Positions 1-9,649 of a stretch of 64,000 nt of DNA are shown one piece after another. Both the position numbers and the translations under genes were made by a program. The stretch is taken from contig CAWHOY010000006.1 in the NCBI GenBank assembly GCA_963831155.1, positions 842,987 to 906,986 of the forward strand. Direction: 5' to 3'. The first letter of the stretch is position 1. The number at the start of each line of letters is the position of its first letter. The DNA is from an uncultured Acidimicrobiaceae bacterium (GTDB lineage: Bacteria; Actinomycetota; Acidimicrobiia; Acidimicrobiales; Bog-793). The notes under the pieces are model-generated. The model had not been told where the DNA came from, did no database searches, and saw only the letters and a program-made list of their open reading frames with translations.

Positions 1-1
1 G

Positions 2-151
2 GACGAGGTGCCGAGCGTCGACGAGCAGCTCGCGAAGGTCGATGCCGTCAGCCTGGAAGAGGTCGCGCAACTCGCCCGCCAGGTCTTTGAGGGAGAACAC
101 GTCTGCGCGGTCGTCGGCCCATTCGAGGAGTCGGACTTCTCCGGCGCCTGA
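2..151 (+). CDS. 3' end of an M16 (insulinase/PepR-like) zinc peptidase gene, truncated by the window edge
   Basis: Frame starting at nt 2 reads DEVPSVDEQLAKVDAVSLEEVAQLARQVFEGEHVCAVVGPFEESDFSGA followed by TGA at 149-151. This resembles the C-terminal tail of M16 peptidases. It is absent from the ORF track because no start codon lies in the window. Confidence 0.4.
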   Translation, partial: DEVPSVDEQLAKVDAVSLEEVAQLARQVFEGEHVCAVVGPFEESDFSGA

Positions 152-163
152 CCGGCGCGGCTG

Positions 164-1444
164 TCAGTCGGTGGGTTCGAGGAACTCGGGGTGGGGCTCG
201 CCTGTCGTTGCACTTCCGATGATCCGGGCGAGTGACACCCGTGAGTGGATGTCGAGCTTGCGGTAGATGGCGCGCAGGTGTGAGTCGACCGTGAACGGCG
301 ACACGTAGATCTCGTCGGCGATCTCTTTGATCGTGAGGTCACCCGCCGCGAGCCGCGCGACCCGGCGTTCGGCGGGCGTGAGCGTCTCCCAGCCTGCAAT
401 CGCCTCGAGATAGTCAGCGTCGGCCGCATCGGTGCCGCGGGATGCGAGCGAGACGATGATCCCGACGGGCAAATCGCCGTCACTGACCGGATCAAATGTC
501 GCGCGCACCTCGAGACCCGAAGGAAGTCGAACCGGCTCGGTGACGCGCTTGTGCAAGGGGCAGCCGTGCGCCTGCGCGCGGCGTCGTAGCGCTTCGACAT
601 CAGCGGAGCCGAGTCGCCCCTCGATCTCGGCGCTCAGCATCACGAGGTTGCCGTGCACGAAAAGCGAAGGATGCTCGTTTTTTACCTTCTCGGCTTGAAA
701 CAGCGTCCTCACTTGTCGCAGGTACGGGCTCGCGCCCGCCGCCAAGCGTTCGGTGATCTGCCTCGCGACGCGCTTCGCGTACGGCAGCATCATCGGGCTC
801 GCGTCCTTTGTCTTCGAGCTGAGGTCGATCACGCCGACGAGCCTGCGGGTGAGCGGATCGCGAAGCGGCACCGCGGCACAAGCCATTTCGGTCAGCTTCT
901 CGGCGTAGTGCTCGTTACCGAAGACCACGCTCTCTTTGCCTTGCGCAAGAGACGTGCCGACCGCGTTGGTGCCGAAGAACCGTTCTGCATAGGTGTACCC
1001 CGGCGCGAGCTCGATACGGTCCAATGTCTTTCGGATCTCGTGACCGGAATCAGAACGCGCGAGCACGCTGCCGTCTTTGTCGGAGAGCACGACCGAGACC
1101 TCCGTCGAATCGAGCTCGTCGGAGAGCTCAGCGAGTAACGGCTCTGCCGCGTCGACCAGTCGTGAACGTTCGTCGCCTCTAATTTCGGGGACCGCGAAAC
1201 GGTCGGGTCTCAGACCGGAGCGCACGCTCCGCCGCCACGACTGCGCGATCTCGGGACGAATGCCCCGCGGCAGTCGTCCGGACAGTACGTCGTCGAGCGC
1301 CTTCTCGCGGCTTTTCGAAGGAAGACCCTCGATCCGCGATCCAACCGGCACGTTGTCGCGGACGCTGTCTGCGCTGGAGATATTCCTCACGACATGCAAC
1401 CTTTTTCGACAGCTCCTGAAGCCTCGCGCCGATCCGTGGCACAT
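164..1444 (-). CDS. LuxR-family transcriptional regulator with N-terminal GAF-like sensor region
   Basis: The C-terminus LTPAERRVARLAAGDLTIKEIADEIYVSPFTVDSHLRAIYRKLDIHSRVSLARII is a classic LuxR/FixJ-type HTH. The N-terminal two thirds (IAQSWRRS..., VGVIDLSS...) resemble a GAF-type sensor. The exact start is uncertain. Confidence 0.75.
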   Translation of the reverse strand: MCHGSARGFRSCRKRLHVVRNISSADSVRDNVPVGSRIEGLPSKSREKALDDVLSGRLPRGIRPEIAQSWRRSVRSGLRPDRFAVPEIRGDERSRLVDAAEPLLAELSDELDSTEVSVVLSDKDGSVLARSDSGHEIRKTLDRIELAPGYTYAERFFGTNAVGTSLAQGKESVVFGNEHYAEKLTEMACAAVPLRDPLTRRLVGVIDLSSKTKDASPMMLPYAKRVARQITERLAAGASPYLRQVRTLFQAEKVKNEHPSLFVHGNLVMLSAEIEGRLGSADVEALRRRAQAHGCPLHKRVTEPVRLPSGLEVRATFDPVSDGDLPVGIIVSLASRGTDAADADYLEAIAGWETLTPAERRVARLAAGDLTIKEIADEIYVSPFTVDSHLRAIYRKLDIHSRVSLARIIGSATTGEPHPEFLEPTD

Positions 1445-1599
1445 GCTGTGCAGGAGTCAAAATCCCGCGAACGCGGGACCAGTTCGCGGCCTCATTTCAG
1501 TGCACCCTTTCTAAGGTGCGTCACATCGAAGTCAGAGTCGTGGCAGCTCAGCTGGGAGCGGTTTCGCCCGACCGGCTGGCCGGAAGGAGGTGTGCGGCA

Positions 1600-2678
1600 A
1601 TGACTACCTATCGAATGGACTACGCGGAGGAATTCGGAAACGTCTCCGAGGAAGAAGTCGACCGCGAGTCTCTCACAGCGCGTCTCGCACGGATCGTCGC
1701 TAACAGCCCGCTCGTCGTCTGCTTCGTCGACCTCGCGCAATCCCGCTGCCTCGCTTCGAGCTCACGCGCGAAGAAGCACTTTCACGGTCCCGGGAGCTCC
1801 GACGGGCAGCTCCTCCACCAGATACGCGATCGCGTCGCGCTGATCCGTGCGCAGGGATTGACCGGACTGCATTTCACCAAGTCGATCAAGCTCGCGACGG
1901 GCGCGATCACAGACGTGCACCCGCCGTTCAGGTTGTCCCGAAAGCCGAGCATCTCGCGCTCGTGCTCTGCCAACTCGACGACGGCGAGCGCGTGCCGGTG
2001 TCGATCGAATCGCTGGTACCAGTGTCGATCCGCTCAGAGCCGGTCGTGTTCGGAGCGGCCGACGACGCGTTCCGCGTTCTGCGCGTGAGCAGTGACACCT
2101 CCGCGCTGTTGGGATTCGATCCGATCGATGTCGTCGGAAGGTCCGTGCTCGATCTGTTGGATGAGCGTCTCATATCGAGTTTCATCTCGGCGGCGCGCTG
2201 GGTGAGCGAGCAACACCAAGCGGTCACTTTGACCGGCGCAGCGCGTACCGCGCGCGGCCGGGCCGTCGCCGCGCAGATCGTGCTCGCAACGGCGGACGCT
2301 GCGGCGAGCGCGGAGGTTTTCTTCTTCACGATTCGGCCGGCGAACAACGGCGACGTGCGCTGGAGCGTCGAGCGTGTCCACGAGCTCGAAGAGCGGATGT
2401 GGCGGATCGCGATGGAGGTGCAGGCCGCGGAGGTCGCGACAGCGTTTGGTCAGTCGACCGGTGCGCTCGACCCCGCCAAAGTCGCCGACTTGAGTTCCCG
2501 CCAGTTCGAGATCCTCACGCGACTCGCCGCGGGGGAGCGGGTCACGACGATTGCCCGCGACCTTTTCATCTCTCCGAGCACGGTGCGCAACCACCTCTCG
2601 GCAGTTTTTGCGAAGTTCGGTGTGCACTCCCAGTCCGAGCTGTTCGAGGCGTTGCGCAACACTGATCAGGAAGGCTGA
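1600..2678 (+). pseudogene. PAS-domain LuxR-family regulator, apparently frameshifted near 1915-1925 (intact 3' part is ORF 1962..2678)
   Basis: ATG at 1600 is preceded by AAGGAGG (1584-1590, 9-nt spacer). It opens a protein-like frame (MTTYRMDYAEEF...SPLVVCFVDLA...ATGAITDVH) that degenerates after about 1920. From about 1915 a different frame continues protein-like (AVQVVPKAEHLALVLCQLDDGERVPV...), followed by a PAS-like segment. It ends in the LuxR HTH LSSRQFEILTRLAAGERVTTIARDLFISPSTVRNHLSAVFAKF. Confidence 0.6.
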
Positions 2679-2744
2679 TTAGCAAGTCGTCGCAGTGGTC
2701 ATCAAATGCGATCCCTGCCAACGGCAAGCTCAGAACCGGCGTTC

Positions 2745-3710
2745 TCAGTGCAACCGAACTCGGGGGTCGAGCACCGCGTATCCGATGTCGACGAGCAGAT
2801 TGGCGACGACGACCGCGGCGGCCGTGACGATCACAACGCCGATGATGACCGGCAGGTCCTGATTGGTGATCGCCTGGACGGCGGTCCAGCCGAGCCCAGG
2901 AAGACCAAAGACGACCTCGGTGATCACCGCCCCGCCGAACAGCGTGCCGGTGTCGATCCCGAGCTGGGTGATCACTGGCACGAGCGCGGCGCGCAGCCCG
3001 TGGCGGAAGGTGATCCGCGACTCACGAAGGCCCTTGGCGCGCGCCGTCCGGATGTAGTCCTCGCCGAGCACGTCGAGCATCGACGTGCGCGTGAGGCGTG
3101 TATAGGCGGCCGCCGAGACGAGGGCGAGCGTGATCCAGGGAAGGATCAGGTGCTGAAACCAGCCGAAGGGGCTCTGGTTCGGCGAGACGTAACCCGATGC
3201 CGGGAACCAATGGAAACCGTGCACGCTCAATTCGAAATAGAGCAGCTCGAGCAACAGCAAGCCGAGCACGAACGAAGGCATCGAATAGAAAAAAAGCGCG
3301 AGGACCGTAAAGACGCGGTCGAGCACAGAACGCGGCCGGACCGCCGAGGCGACGCCGGAGAGCACGCCGATCGTGAACCAGATCGCCGCTGCGCCGATCA
3401 CGAGCGAGAGCGTGATCGGGAAGGCTTGGGAGATGATCGAGTTCACCGATTCCCCGTGGTAGTAGTCGTAGCCGAGGTTGCCGTGCACGAGTTGCGACAC
3501 GAAGTGCCCGTACTGCACGTACCACGGCCGATCGAGCAAAAGCCGCTGCGCGATCAGCTTCACCGTCGACGGCGGCGCTTCGCGCCCCGCGAGCGCCCGG
3601 GCGACGAACGAGGGGCCGGGCCCGACGTAGAAGATCAAAAAGACGATCACGGTGACGAAGAACATCACGAACACCCCGAGCGCGACCCTGCGGGCGAGGA
3701 AGCGGATCAT
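2745..3710 (-). CDS. ABC transporter permease, OppB/DppB type
   Basis: 321 aa polytopic protein. The N-terminus MIRFLARRV..., the LLLDRPWYVQY segment and the EDYIRTARAKGL EAA-loop motif are typical of peptide/nickel ABC permease subunit 1. Its start overlaps the upstream stop by 1 nt (TGATG). Confidence 0.9.
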   Translation of the reverse strand: MIRFLARRVALGVFVMFFVTVIVFLIFYVGPGPSFVARALAGREAPPSTVKLIAQRLLLDRPWYVQYGHFVSQLVHGNLGYDYYHGESVNSIISQAFPITLSLVIGAAAIWFTIGVLSGVASAVRPRSVLDRVFTVLALFFYSMPSFVLGLLLLELLYFELSVHGFHWFPASGYVSPNQSPFGWFQHLILPWITLALVSAAAYTRLTRTSMLDVLGEDYIRTARAKGLRESRITFRHGLRAALVPVITQLGIDTGTLFGGAVITEVVFGLPGLGWTAVQAITNQDLPVIIGVVIVTAAAVVVANLLVDIGYAVLDPRVRLH

Positions 3711-4795
3711 CAGACGTTGTACTCCCGAGCGACCCCGGCCCGTTTCTCAGCGATCAATCGGCTGGCGCGAGGGTCGAAGGCGTCGCGGATTCCGTCCCCC
3801 AAGATGTTGAACGCGACCGTGGTGATCAAAAGCGCCAGGCTCGGAAACAGCACGTACCACCAGGCTTCCTGGTAGTACGGCTGGGAAGCGGCGATCATCG
3901 AGCCCCAGTCGGCGGTCGGCGGCGGGATTCCGACCCCGAGATACGAAAGCGTCGCCTCGGCGACGATGCTCAACGGGATCAACAGCGACGCGTAGACGAT
4001 GATCGTCGCGACGACGTTCGGCACGACGTCGACGATCAGGACCCGCGACGCGGACGCCCCGAGCGAGCGCGCCGCTTCGATGTACTCCTTTTCCCGGATC
4101 GCCAACACCTGGCCGCGCACGATGCGCGCCACCGTCGACCAAGAAAAGATGCCGATCACGATGATCACGATCGCGATCCCCTGATGGAGTGTGATCGGCC
4201 CGAAGTGCAACGGCGTGATCGAGACGACCGAGGAGAGCGAGATCGCGAACAACAGGAACGGGATGGCCAGCATGATGTCGACGAGGCGGGAGAGGACTGT
4301 GTCGACGATGCCGCCGAAGTAGCCGGCGAGCAGTCCGACGATTGCCCCGATCGTGACGGTGAGCAGCGTGGAGACGACGCCGACAAGGAGGGACACCTGT
4401 GCGCCGTAGGCGATGCGCACGAGGAGATCTCGGCCCAAATCGTCGGTGCCGAGGAGGAAACGCGCCGACGGAGGTACCGGTAAGCCGTCGGCGCTCGTTC
4501 CGTTGGCGTACTGGGTGTTCGGCGGGTGGCCGGTCAGGATCGCGACGACCGGCGCCAGGATCGCCAGCAGCGCGATCAGGATGACCACGCCGAGAGCGAT
4601 CAGCGCCACTCGGTCGCGCACGAGCCGCTCCAGGGCAAGTCGTGTCGGGCTGCGCGCTTCGACTCGGCGTTCGACGACGGGCGCTTCGATCCCGAGCCCG
4701 TCGAGTTCTCGGCGTTCGTCATCGACGAGCGCCGTGGCGACGACGCCGTCCTCGTACTCGATCGGCGCGGGTACGTTCAGGCCGCCCGGGATCAC
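3710..4795 (-). CDS. ABC transporter permease, OppC/DppC type
   Basis: 361 aa. It contains LLGTDDLGRDLLVRIAYGAQVSL and KEYIEAARSLGAS motifs typical of the second permease of peptide ABC importers. It is translationally coupled to both neighbours. Confidence 0.9.
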   Translation of the reverse strand: MIPGGLNVPAPIEYEDGVVATALVDDERRELDGLGIEAPVVERRVEARSPTRLALERLVRDRVALIALGVVILIALLAILAPVVAILTGHPPNTQYANGTSADGLPVPPSARFLLGTDDLGRDLLVRIAYGAQVSLLVGVVSTLLTVTIGAIVGLLAGYFGGIVDTVLSRLVDIMLAIPFLLFAISLSSVVSITPLHFGPITLHQGIAIVIIVIGIFSWSTVARIVRGQVLAIREKEYIEAARSLGASASRVLIVDVVPNVVATIIVYASLLIPLSIVAEATLSYLGVGIPPPTADWGSMIAASQPYYQEAWWYVLFPSLALLITTVAFNILGDGIRDAFDPRASRLIAEKRAGVAREYNV

Positions 4796-5943
4796 TATCG
4801 GCCCTTCTCGCTTGGCGCGGCGCCACCAAACGACATCGCCCGTGAGCCGGCGCTGTTGCTCGCCGACACGAGGGTCTCACCGTTCGCGAGCGGGTAGTGG
4901 CATGCGGCCACGTGCCCGGACGGGTCGCCGAGCTGAGGTTGCAGCATCGGCTCCTCGCTCCGGCAGAGATCGGTGGCCCGAGGGCAGCGGGAGTTGAAGC
5001 GGCATCCCTGCGGCGGGTGGATCTGAGAGGGCAGATCTCCGGTGAGCACGATCCGGCGTTTGTGGTCGACGTAGTCCGGGTCGGGGACCGGAACCGCCGC
5101 CAGCAGCGCCGCGCTGTAGGGATGACGAGGCGAGCGGTAGATGTCGCCGACCCGTCCCCGCTCGACGACCTTGCCGAGATACATCACCTCGACCCGATCA
5201 CTGACGTGGCGGACGACGGAAAGGTCGTGCGCGATGAAGACGTAGGTGAGGCCGAACTCGGCTTGCAGGTCGGTGAGGAGGTTGAGGATCTGGGCCTGAA
5301 TGCTGACGTCGAGGGCCGAGACCGGTTCGTCGCAGACGACGAGCTTGGGTCGCAGCGCCAGGGCTCTCGCGACTCCGATTCGCTGGCGTTGACCGCCGGA
5401 GAACTCGTTCGGGAAACGGTTGTAATGCTCCGGGTTGAGCCCGACGCGCGCCATCAACTCCTGCACGCGCCGCCGCCGTTCCGCGCGCGAGTCCTTCGTG
5501 TGGATCGCGAGCGGGTCGGCGATGATCGAGCCGACCCGCCGTCGAGGGTTCAGCGCGCCGTAGGGGTCCTGAAAGACCATCTGCATCTCGCGACGCATGG
5601 GCCGCAGCCGTCGTGCCGAAAGCGAGCTGATCTCCCGGTCGTCGAAGAAGACCTTGCCAGCAGTCACCGGGTGCAGGCCCAGCAGGCATCGCGCGAGTGT
5701 CGACTTGCCCGACCCGGATTCGCCGACGATGCCGAGGGTCTCACCGCGGCGGACTTCGAAGCTCACATCGTCGACAGCGTGGACGACCTCGCGCTCTCCG
5801 CCGATCCGGCGGGCCCCCTGAACCGGGAAGTGCTTCACGACGTGTTCGACGCGCACGAGCGTGTCGCCCGAAGTACTCGCGTCGGTCCTAGCGGCGACGC
5901 CGACCTTGTGCCGCGGCTCCGGCGACGCCGCCAGTTCGCTCAC
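4795..5943 (-). CDS. ABC transporter ATP-binding protein, OppF/DppF type
   Basis: Walker [10 protein letters not shown], signature FSGGQRQR and Walker [13 protein letters not shown] are present. The C-terminal Opp-type Cys motif is [15 protein letters not shown]...HVAACH. Confidence 0.9.
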   Translation of the reverse strand: MSELAASPEPRHKVGVAARTDASTSGDTLVRVEHVVKHFPVQGARRIGGEREVVHAVDDVSFEVRRGETLGIVGESGSGKSTLARCLLGLHPVTAGKVFFDDREISSLSARRLRPMRREMQMVFQDPYGALNPRRRVGSIIADPLAIHTKDSRAERRRRVQELMARVGLNPEHYNRFPNEFSGGQRQRIGVARALALRPKLVVCDEPVSALDVSIQAQILNLLTDLQAEFGLTYVFIAHDLSVVRHVSDRVEVMYLGKVVERGRVGDIYRSPRHPYSAALLAAVPVPDPDYVDHKRRIVLTGDLPSQIHPPQGCRFNSRCPRATDLCRSEEPMLQPQLGDPSGHVAACHYPLANGETLVSASNSAGSRAMSFGGAAPSEKGR

Positions 5944-7268
5944 CGCGACTCGGCGTTTGGCTCGGTCGAATCCACGGGCGATGCCGTGGCGTTTTCGCTC
6001 GCGGGCGACGTGGTCGCATCATCTGCTTCGAGCCAACAGGACGAGACGTGCGCGCGGGCCGCGTCGGCGCCGCTGCTTGATTTGCTCGCGCCTTGCGTGT
6101 CTGTCGCGCCAGTGTCCGGCTGACTGTCCAGTTTGAATCGGGTCGAACTGCTGGCGATTGCGACTGCCGGTGTCGCGCCGACGGTGAACAGCGGTGGGCG
6201 TTGACGCGCACATCGTTCCATTCGGTATGCGCATCGCGGCGTGAAAGGGCACCCCGCCGCCAGCCCGAGCAGGCTCGGGGGTTGACCCGGGATCGAGTGG
6301 AGGTGGCGGCGCGCGAACGGGTCGACGATCTCGTCGCCACCCGTCTTCGTCTCTGCGCTGGTAACGGCGGTTCCCGCCGAAGGTGCCGCGTCGGGCGTAA
6401 CCGTTGCGGAGGCGTCGTCCACGAGTTCGCCGAATGCAGAGAGTTCGTCGTAGCTCGGAAGCGATTGCAGCAGTCCGATCGTGTAGGGATGACGGCTGTC
6501 GTAGAAGAGTTCTCGGCGCGCCGCGCGCTCCATCACCGAGCCGGCATACATCACGACCACCTCGTCGGCGACCTCGGCTATCACACCGAGGTCGTGGGTG
6601 ATGAGGATGATCGCCATCGCGAAGGACCGCTGCAGATCCTCGAGGACGGCGAGGATCTGCGCTTGAACGGTGACGTCGAGCGCGGTTGTCGGCTCGTCGG
6701 CGATGAGAAGTGACGGGTTGAGCGCCATCGACATGGCGATCATCACTCTTTGGCGCATCCCGCCCGAGAACTGGTGCGGGTAGTCATCGACGCGCCTCGC
6801 AGGCTCGGGGATCCCGACGAGGCCCAACAACTCGATTGCGCGACGCCGTGCCGCGTGACGGCCCACTGAGCGGTCGTGGGCACGCAACAGCTCGATGATC
6901 TGCCAGCCAACCTTGTAGTACGGGTGCAAGCTCGAGAGCGGGTCCTGGAAGATCATCCCGATGCGGGCACCCCGCAGCGCCCGCAGCTTCGCGGGCGGCA
7001 TTCTGAGGAGGTCGTCGCCCTCGAAAAGCGCCTGTCCGCTGATCCGTGCCGAGGCGCTGCGCGTCAGCCCGAGGATCGTCTGCACCGAAACGCTTTTCCC
7101 CGAGCCGGACTCTCCGACGATGCCGAGCGTTTGGCCGCGTTCGAGCGAAAAGGAGAGATCTCGCACCGCTCGCACCGAACCGTCAGGCGTATCGAACGCC
7201 ACGTTCAGCCCGTTCACCTCGAGCAGAGACATCCGCCCCCATAACGAACCAACCGTCTTCGACCGCAC
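5940..7268 (-). CDS. ABC transporter ATP-binding protein, OppD/DppD type, with low-complexity insertions
   Basis: Walker [10 protein letters not shown], signature FSGGMRQR and Walker [13 protein letters not shown] are present. The C-terminal motif is [15 protein letters not shown] ... HVSSCW. The true start may be the ATG at 7232 ([11 protein letters not shown]). There is a 4-nt overlap with the downstream ATPase gene. Confidence 0.9.
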   Translation of the reverse strand: MRSKTVGSLWGRMSLLEVNGLNVAFDTPDGSVRAVRDLSFSLERGQTLGIVGESGSGKSVSVQTILGLTRSASARISGQALFEGDDLLRMPPAKLRALRGARIGMIFQDPLSSLHPYYKVGWQIIELLRAHDRSVGRHAARRRAIELLGLVGIPEPARRVDDYPHQFSGGMRQRVMIAMSMALNPSLLIADEPTTALDVTVQAQILAVLEDLQRSFAMAIILITHDLGVIAEVADEVVVMYAGSVMERAARRELFYDSRHPYTIGLLQSLPSYDELSAFGELVDDASATVTPDAAPSAGTAVTSAETKTGGDEIVDPFARRHLHSIPGQPPSLLGLAAGCPFTPRCAYRMERCARQRPPLFTVGATPAVAIASSSTRFKLDSQPDTGATDTQGASKSSSGADAARAHVSSCWLEADDATTSPASENATASPVDSTEPNAESR

Positions 7269-7328
7269 CGCTGCTTTCGGCGGCTTTTCGTGCCCGATGG
7301 CGCGTTCACGGTAGTTGGCACGGCGGCT

Positions 7329-7365
7329 CCGAAAGCCTGCACCCGCGAGGGGCGCAGGCTTTCGG
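7329..7365 (-). terminator. 12-bp perfect stem-loop between the binding-protein gene and the first ATPase gene
   Basis: CCGAAAGCCTGC (7329-7340) is the exact reverse complement of GCAGGCTTTCGG (7354-7365), with a 13-nt loop. It lies about 40 nt downstream of the SBP stop on the minus strand. There is no clear U-tract, so it may be an attenuator or mRNA stabiliser rather than a full terminator. Confidence 0.5.
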
Positions 7366-7403
7366 GAAGTGTCGTCGTGGCGCGAACCTGTTGGCGAATC
7401 CGC

Positions 7404-9230
7404 TCAGGTGTTCTGCCGGTCGTTCGGCGAGAGCCAGACGTTCGTTGGGTCGATCGCCTGGATCTGCGGCACGAAGACGGCGTTGTGCACCTGGGTCCCG
7501 TAATAAGTGGCAAAGGTCGGGTCGTTGATCGGATAGGCAGCGGCGTCGGCCATCAGAGAATGGTCGACTTCGCCCCACAGCTTCGCCGCCTGCGCTGTCG
7601 TCGGGGCGACGATCGCCTCGTTGATCAAGGTGTTCGCGGTCGTGTCGTTCACCCAGCCGAAGTCAGAGCCGGCCGGCGGAAAGGCGTCCGCGTCGAAGGT
7701 CGGTTGCAGGAAGCTGTCCGAGTCGTTCGCTCCGTACCAGTCGGGGAACCACTGCCCGAAGCCGAGATCCCAAGTGCCGCTCTTCGCGACAGTCGGCACC
7801 TCGTAGTACTTGGCATAGATGTCCGCCGACGGAACGCCGACTCCCGAGACGCTCACCCCGACCTGTGAGAGTTCGAATTGGATCGTCTGGAACATCTTCA
7901 CCTGGGTTGGATTGTCCGCCTGATAGAGGAACTTCAGCTTGAGGTGCATCGGCGCAAGGACCGCCTTCGCCTTCGTCGGGTTGAAGGGGTAGTCGTCGAA
8001 GTTCGAGTACCCGATCGCCGACGGCGCCAGCAGCTGGCTCAGCGCCGGGGACGCTTGCGGGCCGCCGGCGTCTTTGATCAGCGCCGAGCGGTCGATCGCG
8101 TCCGAGATCGCTTGGCGGACCTTGAGACTCGCCATCGCCTTGCTCTCGTTTGGCGACACTTCGTTGAACAGCACGTACGGGTCGAGGCCGTACGTTGATC
8201 CCAGCACGACCTGCTTGCTGTGGCTGGCGAGCAGCGCCGGAAGCTGCGCGGGCGGGATCGGCGTGTCTCCCCAGGCGAGATCGGCGGTCGACGAGTTGGT
8301 CTCAAGCTGCTGCTGCACCGACGTTGCGCTGACGGTCTCGCTGATCTTGATCTCGTCGACGTACGCCTTGCTGATCGGATCGCTCGAGGCATTCCACGCC
8401 GGGTTGCGAACGAAGACGATGCTGCGCGTCGGGTTGTAGGACTGGATCTCGTACGGGCCGTCCGAGATCGTGTGCTGGGCGAAGGCGGCGCTCGCCGGCA
8501 GGTAGTTGAGGTCCTCGACCGGCGCCGGGTTGAACGCTTCCATTGCCAGCAAGTCGTCGAAGTACGAGACGGGGTGGACGAGCTTGTAGCTCACCGTGAG
8601 ACCGCTGGCGGTGATCCCGGAGATCGAGTGCGTGGCGAGGAAGGCCTTGATGTTCGCCACGCTCGGCTTCACCTTTAAAAAGGCGGTGCAGAAGCTCTGC
8701 ATCCCCGAAATCAGGAACTCGAAGTCGGTCACGCCACCGAAGGGCTCCTGCGGGTTGCAGGTCCGCTCGATCCCGAGCTTCGCGTCGGCCCCGGTCACCT
8801 GCCTGGGCGGCGAGGTGTTCCACATCGCGCCCTTGCGGATTGTGACCGTGTAGACGAGTCCATTGTCACTGACCGACGGCATCGCTGTCGCGAGGTCCGG
8901 CACGACGCTGGTCGTCTTTCCAGTTACGGCCGGGTAATTGAGGATGCTCCTCGAATACATACGGATCGCCTCGTAGCCGACCGTGTAGTACGAGACGTTC
9001 GGGTCCATGTAGTCGACGTCGCCGTTGCCGAGCATGTAGAGGATGCCGCCGTACTTCGAGCTCGTCGCCTTCGATGAGGCGTGCTGTGACGCTGCCGAGC
9101 GCGACGCCTCTCGACGCACCGCCGCCGAGCTGGTCGCCGGGGAAACGCTCAGCGCGCCGAGCGACGCGGCCGCCAGTATCGAGAAGGTCAGCGTCGTTCG
9201 CCGCCATCTCGAATGAAGGTTGCTGATCAC
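7404..9230 (-). CDS. ABC transporter substrate-binding protein, family 5 (peptide/nickel)
   Basis: Large periplasmic-type protein with an N-terminal signal-like segment (RTTLTFSILAAASLGALSVSPATSSAAV) and family-5 SBP-like body. I place the start at GTG 9230, preceded by GGGAGG with a 7-nt spacer. The track ORF extends to 9479, but that extra stretch looks noncoding. Confidence 0.85.
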   Translation of the reverse strand: MISNLHSRWRRTTLTFSILAAASLGALSVSPATSSAAVRREASRSAASQHASSKATSSKYGGILYMLGNGDVDYMDPNVSYYTVGYEAIRMYSRSILNYPAVTGKTTSVVPDLATAMPSVSDNGLVYTVTIRKGAMWNTSPPRQVTGADAKLGIERTCNPQEPFGGVTDFEFLISGMQSFCTAFLKVKPSVANIKAFLATHSISGITASGLTVSYKLVHPVSYFDDLLAMEAFNPAPVEDLNYLPASAAFAQHTISDGPYEIQSYNPTRSIVFVRNPAWNASSDPISKAYVDEIKISETVSATSVQQQLETNSSTADLAWGDTPIPPAQLPALLASHSKQVVLGSTYGLDPYVLFNEVSPNESKAMASLKVRQAISDAIDRSALIKDAGGPQASPALSQLLAPSAIGYSNFDDYPFNPTKAKAVLAPMHLKLKFLYQADNPTQVKMFQTIQFELSQVGVSVSGVGVPSADIYAKYYEVPTVAKSGTWDLGFGQWFPDWYGANDSDSFLQPTFDADAFPPAGSDFGWVNDTTANTLINEAIVAPTTAQAAKLWGEVDHSLMADAAAYPINDPTFATYYGTQVHNAVFVPQIQAIDPTNVWLSPNDRQNT

Positions 9231-9557
9231 TTCAATACCTCCCTCGTGTCTTCGGGCCGATCTTCCCGCTCCTCGCTTCGCAAACCACGCCGGCGCGCCG
9301 AGCGCGACGACGTGGGCAAGAGGTGAGGGTTCTCCGGGGTGAGCTGGTCCGATGCGACGCTGATCCGCGCTTTGTCGCGCGCGCAGACTGCGTTGTCGCG
9401 ACGGAAACTGCCAACGCGGCTGAACTGCGAACCGTCGATCCCCCGTTCCCCAGAAACTCGAATTATCGAGCGCCAGCATCGTACCCAGCTGGCGAGGGAT
9501 CCGAAGGCTGGCAGCGGGCAGCGCAACAGGACTGGCTCAGCACTGAGTTGTTTGCCT

Positions 9558-9577
9558 CCACGACTTCGAAGTCGTGG
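9558..9577. promoter_or_regulatory. perfect 20-bp palindrome in divergent intergenic region (candidate operator)
   Basis: CCACGACTTCGAAGTCGTGG is its own reverse complement. It lies between the divergently oriented SBP operon and the TauE gene. Confidence 0.35.
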
Positions 9578-9649
9578 CCTTCCAATTCGAAGCCGCCCCT
9601 CTCTTCTGTTGGCGCGACGTCGCCTCGTGCGAATTGGTAGCGGATCTGT

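Noticed and set aside
9231-9479. N-terminal extension of the SBP ORF to 9479 (691 aa)
   Set aside because: The extension is Arg/Gln/Pro-rich and not protein-like, and it precedes a GGGAGG-N7-GTG start placed right before the signal peptide. It is treated as a 5' leader.
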